Position numbers and translations under genes: made by a program
Origin: Trichodelitschia bisporula
Lineage: Eukaryota
Reading direction: 5' to 3'
Assembly: GCA_010356995.1 (NCBI GenBank)
Contig: ML996694.1
Coordinates: 371,224-435,223, forward strand
Length of the DNA stretch: 64,000 bases
Notes under the pieces: model-generated
What the model was told of the DNA's origin: nothing
Seen by the model: only the letters and a program-made list of their open reading frames with translations
Databases searched by the model: none
Part shown: piece by piece, positions 59,881-64,000 of the stretch
Numbering within the stretch: position 1 is the stretch's first letter
Layout: every line of letters begins with the position of its first letter

Positions 59881-60729
59881 AGATAGCACCGACACCGAAG
59901 TTGACGACTGGGTAGCCACTGCTTCCTGCTTCCAGCGTCACGTATGTCGAGCGGCGAACGTAAAGCCAATACAGTAGTCCTTGTCATTGCAGCACTAGCT
60001 TACTAGCAAAGTGTCCCAGTTTGGATTAAGATTTAAGTCGCAAAATGATACAGTGCCACCAACACCTCATGCTCCACGATGGCCTTTTGCAAGGATAGCG
60101 TCGTAGTCTGTCATTTTGAATACCTGTGGTGAACGGAATCGGATCCAAGTGCTCTGGCAATTTGTTGCGTTGCGAGAGTGGGCGGAGTGGAAGCCCCGTG
60201 AGGCAACGTTGTCCGACCATGGCTACTTTCACGTCCTAAAGTCCTGTACGGATGTACAATATCTTATCCCGTGAGGTAGAAACATTCGACAGGCTACCGA
60301 GCTGTAAGCCATGTATGGAGACATATTATTTCGTAGACTTCGAACGTGGGGAATCGTGTCCTCATGTACCTATTCAATTCGGAAATGTCCTTCTTTTGGC
60401 CGGTCACAGAACGCGCGTTGTTGTTTATCGAGACTACGCCGATCTTATTACAGAGAGTAGTTCAGTTCAAAGTTGTGTATCCTTGGACGAAGAGTTGAGA
60501 TAGCCGAAGCGAAGGGGAAGGGGAAATGAAGTCGTCCCGCGCGGCGTCATGTACATGGTATGGATCACGTGTGCCGTCTCAACCTTCACCTCCTCGTCAT
60601 CCCGATGAGCCAAACATTCAACAGCACAGAGTTCAATCCACCAGCTCCACCCGCTCCACTTCTCCCACGCGTCGTCCTCCCACACTCTCAAGAGCCTCTC
60701 CGCCGCGTCATGTAAGCTGCCTCACCACC

Positions 60730-62019
60730 ATGCGCTTGCGCTCGGTGCGCATCCCGTACTTCCGCATCTGGTACTCAAGCGGCTTCATCACCCTCTTCTT
60801 TACAGCATGGGCCCTCACCCTCGTCTCACCGGCCGACCTCCTTTACCAGTCCATCCGCAATGGCAACATCCCCAACGTATTCAGCATCGGCGGCGTATAT
60901 CTCTTGACAATTCTCGTATCAATATTCATCTGGGCCAGCAGAATCTACACCAATCGCACCGTTCTTCGCGACATACCCAAGCATTATGTCCCCATGGATT
61001 ACGGCGACGTGCCTGCCGTGGTCCATCGCATCATCGTTAAGCAGTGGGAGCGGAGTTCTACGGTCGCATGGGATTCGCGGCCGCGAGATGTGCGTGAGGA
61101 GCTGCGCTGTCGCAACGAGATGACAAGGCGATCGGGAGAACACGGCCATTCCACTTTTCGACGTCACTCACACCCCTCTAAAGGCAAGGACAAAAGCGTT
61201 ATCCCTCCCGACGTCGCCGAACTGGCTTGGGGACCCATATCACATCCAGGCTGGTCGTCACCCTCTTCCGACGACCTCACGAATCTGGAATACTGGCGAG
61301 TGATCGTCGAGCTTCCCAACCTGATCGAAGCCAAAGCCGTGTCCCTGGCCCCCTCCGATCCATCTTTTGCTCTTAATACCCTCAGTCCACCCACGACCTC
61401 TATCCCAGATGCGCGGATGGTCGCCCTTCTCCAACGAGCGCCCGCCATGACACTGGCCGATTACCTCGAGCATCTCGCCGCCTTAAACTTGATAACCCCT
61501 CCTACCGCCGGCGCCCGCTTCCTCGCCCAATACGAATTCGCGCGCTTCTCCACCGTTCCGCTGTCAGAATTGCAGTTTCGCTCGCTGATGTCCACGTTCT
61601 CCGACATCCTCGCGGGCATGAAAAACCTCGATTCGAATGCTTTGGTGCGTATGCTCGACGGCAGCATCAGCTCCGACTCCTCTTCAGGCTACGCCTCCAG
61701 CTTATCAAGCAGGTCCGCATCTTCCGCCGTGTACTATCCCTTCTCAGCCGCGGCCATCAGCCGTCGTGCCTCATCGCGATATACCCGGGTGCGGACCTCG
61801 AGCACCGGAACGGTGCGGACCGCCCCGTCGCGGAATCGCACTGTTCATGCAACGCCAAGTCAACTGTCCCTCTCATCGGGCCGATCAGGGTCTGGCCGCG
61901 GACGAGCGGCAAGAGAATCGAGACCGGCATCTTTGGGCTCGGAGGGGTCGGTCATACGGTTGAAGGCGTCCCCAGGGCCGGGGGAGCTGCCTTACTACGT
62001 CGATATGGGAAGCAGATGA
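60730..62019 (+). CDS. DLT1: Dlt1-like membrane protein (defect at low temperature 1)
   Basis: Two N-terminal TM segments; SPADL..Q; ASRIYTNRTVLRDIPK..P..GDVP; ISHPGWSSP; YEFARFS. Confidence 0.75.
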   Translation: MRLRSVRIPYFRIWYSSGFITLFFTAWALTLVSPADLLYQSIRNGNIPNVFSIGGVYLLTILVSIFIWASRIYTNRTVLRDIPKHYVPMDYGDVPAVVHRIIVKQWERSSTVAWDSRPRDVREELRCRNEMTRRSGEHGHSTFRRHSHPSKGKDKSVIPPDVAELAWGPISHPGWSSPSSDDLTNLEYWRVIVELPNLIEAKAVSLAPSDPSFALNTLSPPTTSIPDARMVALLQRAPAMTLADYLEHLAALNLITPPTAGARFLAQYEFARFSTVPLSELQFRSLMSTFSDILAGMKNLDSNALVRMLDGSISSDSSSGYASSLSSRSASSAVYYPFSAAAISRRASSRYTRVRTSSTGTVRTAPSRNRTVHATPSQLSLSSGRSGSGRGRAARESRPASLGSEGSVIRLKASPGPGELPYYVDMGSR

Positions 62020-62360
62020 TGTGCTTGATACTTATTTCCCCTGTACATTTATGGATACTATCACTAGCAGCGTTCGGGATACCCGGTTTGATGCCCAAAC
62101 ACCCGCATTATTGTACACTATAGGCATTTTGGTAACGGCTACCCCTCTGGTCAACAAATGTTACTACATACAGTCGTTGCTACATCGACATTTTGTGAAG
62201 TGATCAATCTGACCTAGGATAAACAATTCCGGAAGAACAGCGATGGTATCAGGGTGCTAGGAGAGATGCTGCGAAAATTCTGTCAACGAAACCCCCTTTC
62301 AAACGAGGCTGTTTGTCCCTTGATAATATTCTTCAAAACGTCCCTCGCTGTCAAGCCCCT

Positions 62361-64000
62361 CTACCCCCTCGCATTCCATTTCTCGTTGTACGCCGTAACC
62401 GCCACCGCGATTTGGCGATACAGCCAGTCCCTCGCCTCAGCATTCGGCACTGGAACAAATGGCCCATTTGTCCCGCCCTTAAGCGTGATAACAATCCCCG
62501 TCCGCTCTTTGCTAATCGTTTGCACATCCTTAAGCGGAACATCCCACTCCGTCTGCAACCGCTTCATCTTCACAAGCAGAATTCCGTTGTACGTCAGCAT
62601 GACCATCAAATCCTTGCCCGTGAGCTCCAGGTGGGCGATGTACTCCTCATGGAAGTGTTTCCCGGCGTCCAATGTCTTGAGCCAAAACTGCCCTAACGCC
62701 TCGCGCTGCGAGTAAGGCCGCACCACGCCGTCCTGTCCGATGAACCGCGGCATGCGCACCCGATCGAGTCCTTCTTGATCGAATACGGTGGTGGTGTTGC
62801 GCACGCCCTCAGCCATGTTGGACGCGAGGTCAAAGGCGCCAATCGCTGGCTTCGTCGCCAGTCCGAGCACACCTTTGCCCACACCTTTGACGAAGCCGGC
62901 AACTCCCTCCCGCTCCGCACCTTGTAGCGGGTGCCGGGCCATACCCCCGATACCCGATGCCAACGACTCGGCGAACGCATTGCCCCCAGATGTGATGCCA
63001 TAAAGCGCATGCTTGGGCCGGTTGCGGCTGCGGGAGATGCGGCGGCGGTCTTGGAACTCTTTGTCCATGGTTGCAGCGGCAAGGCCCTTGGACATGGAAC
63101 CCGTGAATTTCGCCATGCTGTCGCTGAAGCCGAAGATAGACTTCTTCACAAAGCTTCCTGCGCCCTTGGCGATACCGATGCCTAGGTCTTGCGGTCTGTC
63201 TGTCATGACAAGGCCTTGGTATGGCTCGTAGAAGATGTCTTGGACGCCGGAGGAGATATTGTTGAAGAGGCCGACGGGGTTTCCGAGGAAGTCTGCTGAG
63301 CCGAGGACAACGTGGACTTGCCGTAGAGACTCCTGGACGTAATGGGTCTTGATGCTGTTGATGAGGGCGGCAGTCGACACTCGAGCATTCTCCAACATAA
63401 GAGCGTTGTAGCGGATGGGCGCGTCATTGACGTTGCCGACAGACATCGTCAGAACGTTGACGAAGAACATCAACGGGCTGCTTGATGTCATGGTGTCCTC
63501 AGCATTGATCCGTTCTGTCCGGACGAAGCTGATATCGAACTGCATCGGTTGCAGATGCAACAGTTCGAAATAGATGTCCTGGCTGTTTTGCTCTTGCTGC
63601 GGCTCCGGGATATCAAGAGTATCGTCACACAATTTCCCTTCCTGTTCTTCTGACCAGCTTGCACCGGGGATCTTGACGAAGTCCAAAAGCGCAAATATGA
63701 AGTCTTCGTCAAGCTCGACGGTCATTTGTTGCAAAAGGATGGTAAAGTATTTGATGTAGAGCACACCATACGAGTCATCCTTAACTCTGGTGACTGCTGC
63801 ATGCAGGATCGGGTGTGCCTCCATCTCCTTGCCAGTCTTAGGAACGACGCTCGGGTAGAATATGATGGGAAAGATGCCACCATAGAGCTGATTGTCAATC
63901 TGGATCCACTTGATGGTTGATTTGAGCGTCTGATAAAGCGGAGAGTCGGAGTACTTGAGTTCAATGTCCCGTAGAGTCACGTAAATCAGCTCCTTCAACT
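62361..64000 (-). CDS. VPS13: Vps13 lipid transfer protein, C-terminal part (truncated by window)
   Basis: WIQIDNQLYGGIFPII; LGSADFLGNPVGLF; DIFYEPYQG; GFVKGVGKG; AEGVRNTTT; RPYSQREALGQ. Confidence 0.97.
   Translation of the reverse strand, partial: LKELIYVTLRDIELKYSDSPLYQTLKSTIKWIQIDNQLYGGIFPIIFYPSVVPKTGKEMEAHPILHAAVTRVKDDSYGVLYIKYFTILLQQMTVELDEDFIFALLDFVKIPGASWSEEQEGKLCDDTLDIPEPQQEQNSQDIYFELLHLQPMQFDISFVRTERINAEDTMTSSSPLMFFVNVLTMSVGNVNDAPIRYNALMLENARVSTAALINSIKTHYVQESLRQVHVVLGSADFLGNPVGLFNNISSGVQDIFYEPYQGLVMTDRPQDLGIGIAKGAGSFVKKSIFGFSDSMAKFTGSMSKGLAAATMDKEFQDRRRISRSRNRPKHALYGITSGGNAFAESLASGIGGMARHPLQGAEREGVAGFVKGVGKGVLGLATKPAIGAFDLASNMAEGVRNTTTVFDQEGLDRVRMPRFIGQDGVVRPYSQREALGQFWLKTLDAGKHFHEEYIAHLELTGKDLMVMLTYNGILLVKMKRLQTEWDVPLKDVQTISKERTGIVITLKGGTNGPFVPVPNAEARDWLYRQIAVAVTAYNEKWNARG

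Noticed and set aside
60526..60729. 68-codon in-frame upstream extension of DLT1
   Set aside because: Low-complexity sequence likely in the promoter or UTR. ATG 60730 has better context (ACCACCATG) and directly precedes the family-like region.

Overview
Gene-dense region of a filamentous ascomycete (Pezizomycotina) nuclear genome. Introns are mostly short (44-57 nt), GT-AG, with CTAAC/CTGAC-type branch sites. There are two assembly gaps (19988-20452, 51554-51563). About 24 protein-coding genes were resolved by manual splicing. In order: KGD1 (3' part), twinfilin, mitochondrial L14, RPB9, ESS1/PIN1, a hypothetical protein, NIP7, NOC3, a DUF3445/HDOD-like protein, a BVMO-type flavin monooxygenase, PKA catalytic subunit, NUC1, TIM13, a VIP36-like lectin, an MFS transporter, THADA/TRM732, a nucleoside transporter, a GH47 mannosidase, MED20, a RING-PH-VWA (Far1-like) protein, IWR1, DLT1 and VPS13 (3' part), plus a tentative small membrane protein. 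No tRNA, rRNA, CRISPR array or intact transposon was seen. The most striking observation is in RPB9. Its unusually long second intron continues the reading frame and encodes an alternative C-terminus with a new CxxC-x5-CxxC motif and a Pro/Gln-rich tail, suggesting a second Pol II subunit isoform. Other leads are a DUF3445+BVMO tandem pair, a structured 5'UTR intron upstream of MED20, poly(C) leaders with dual start codons in two signalling genes, GAG/AAG splice acceptors, and a stop-interrupted multi-exon gene relic. Gene identities come from recognised motifs, not database searches.
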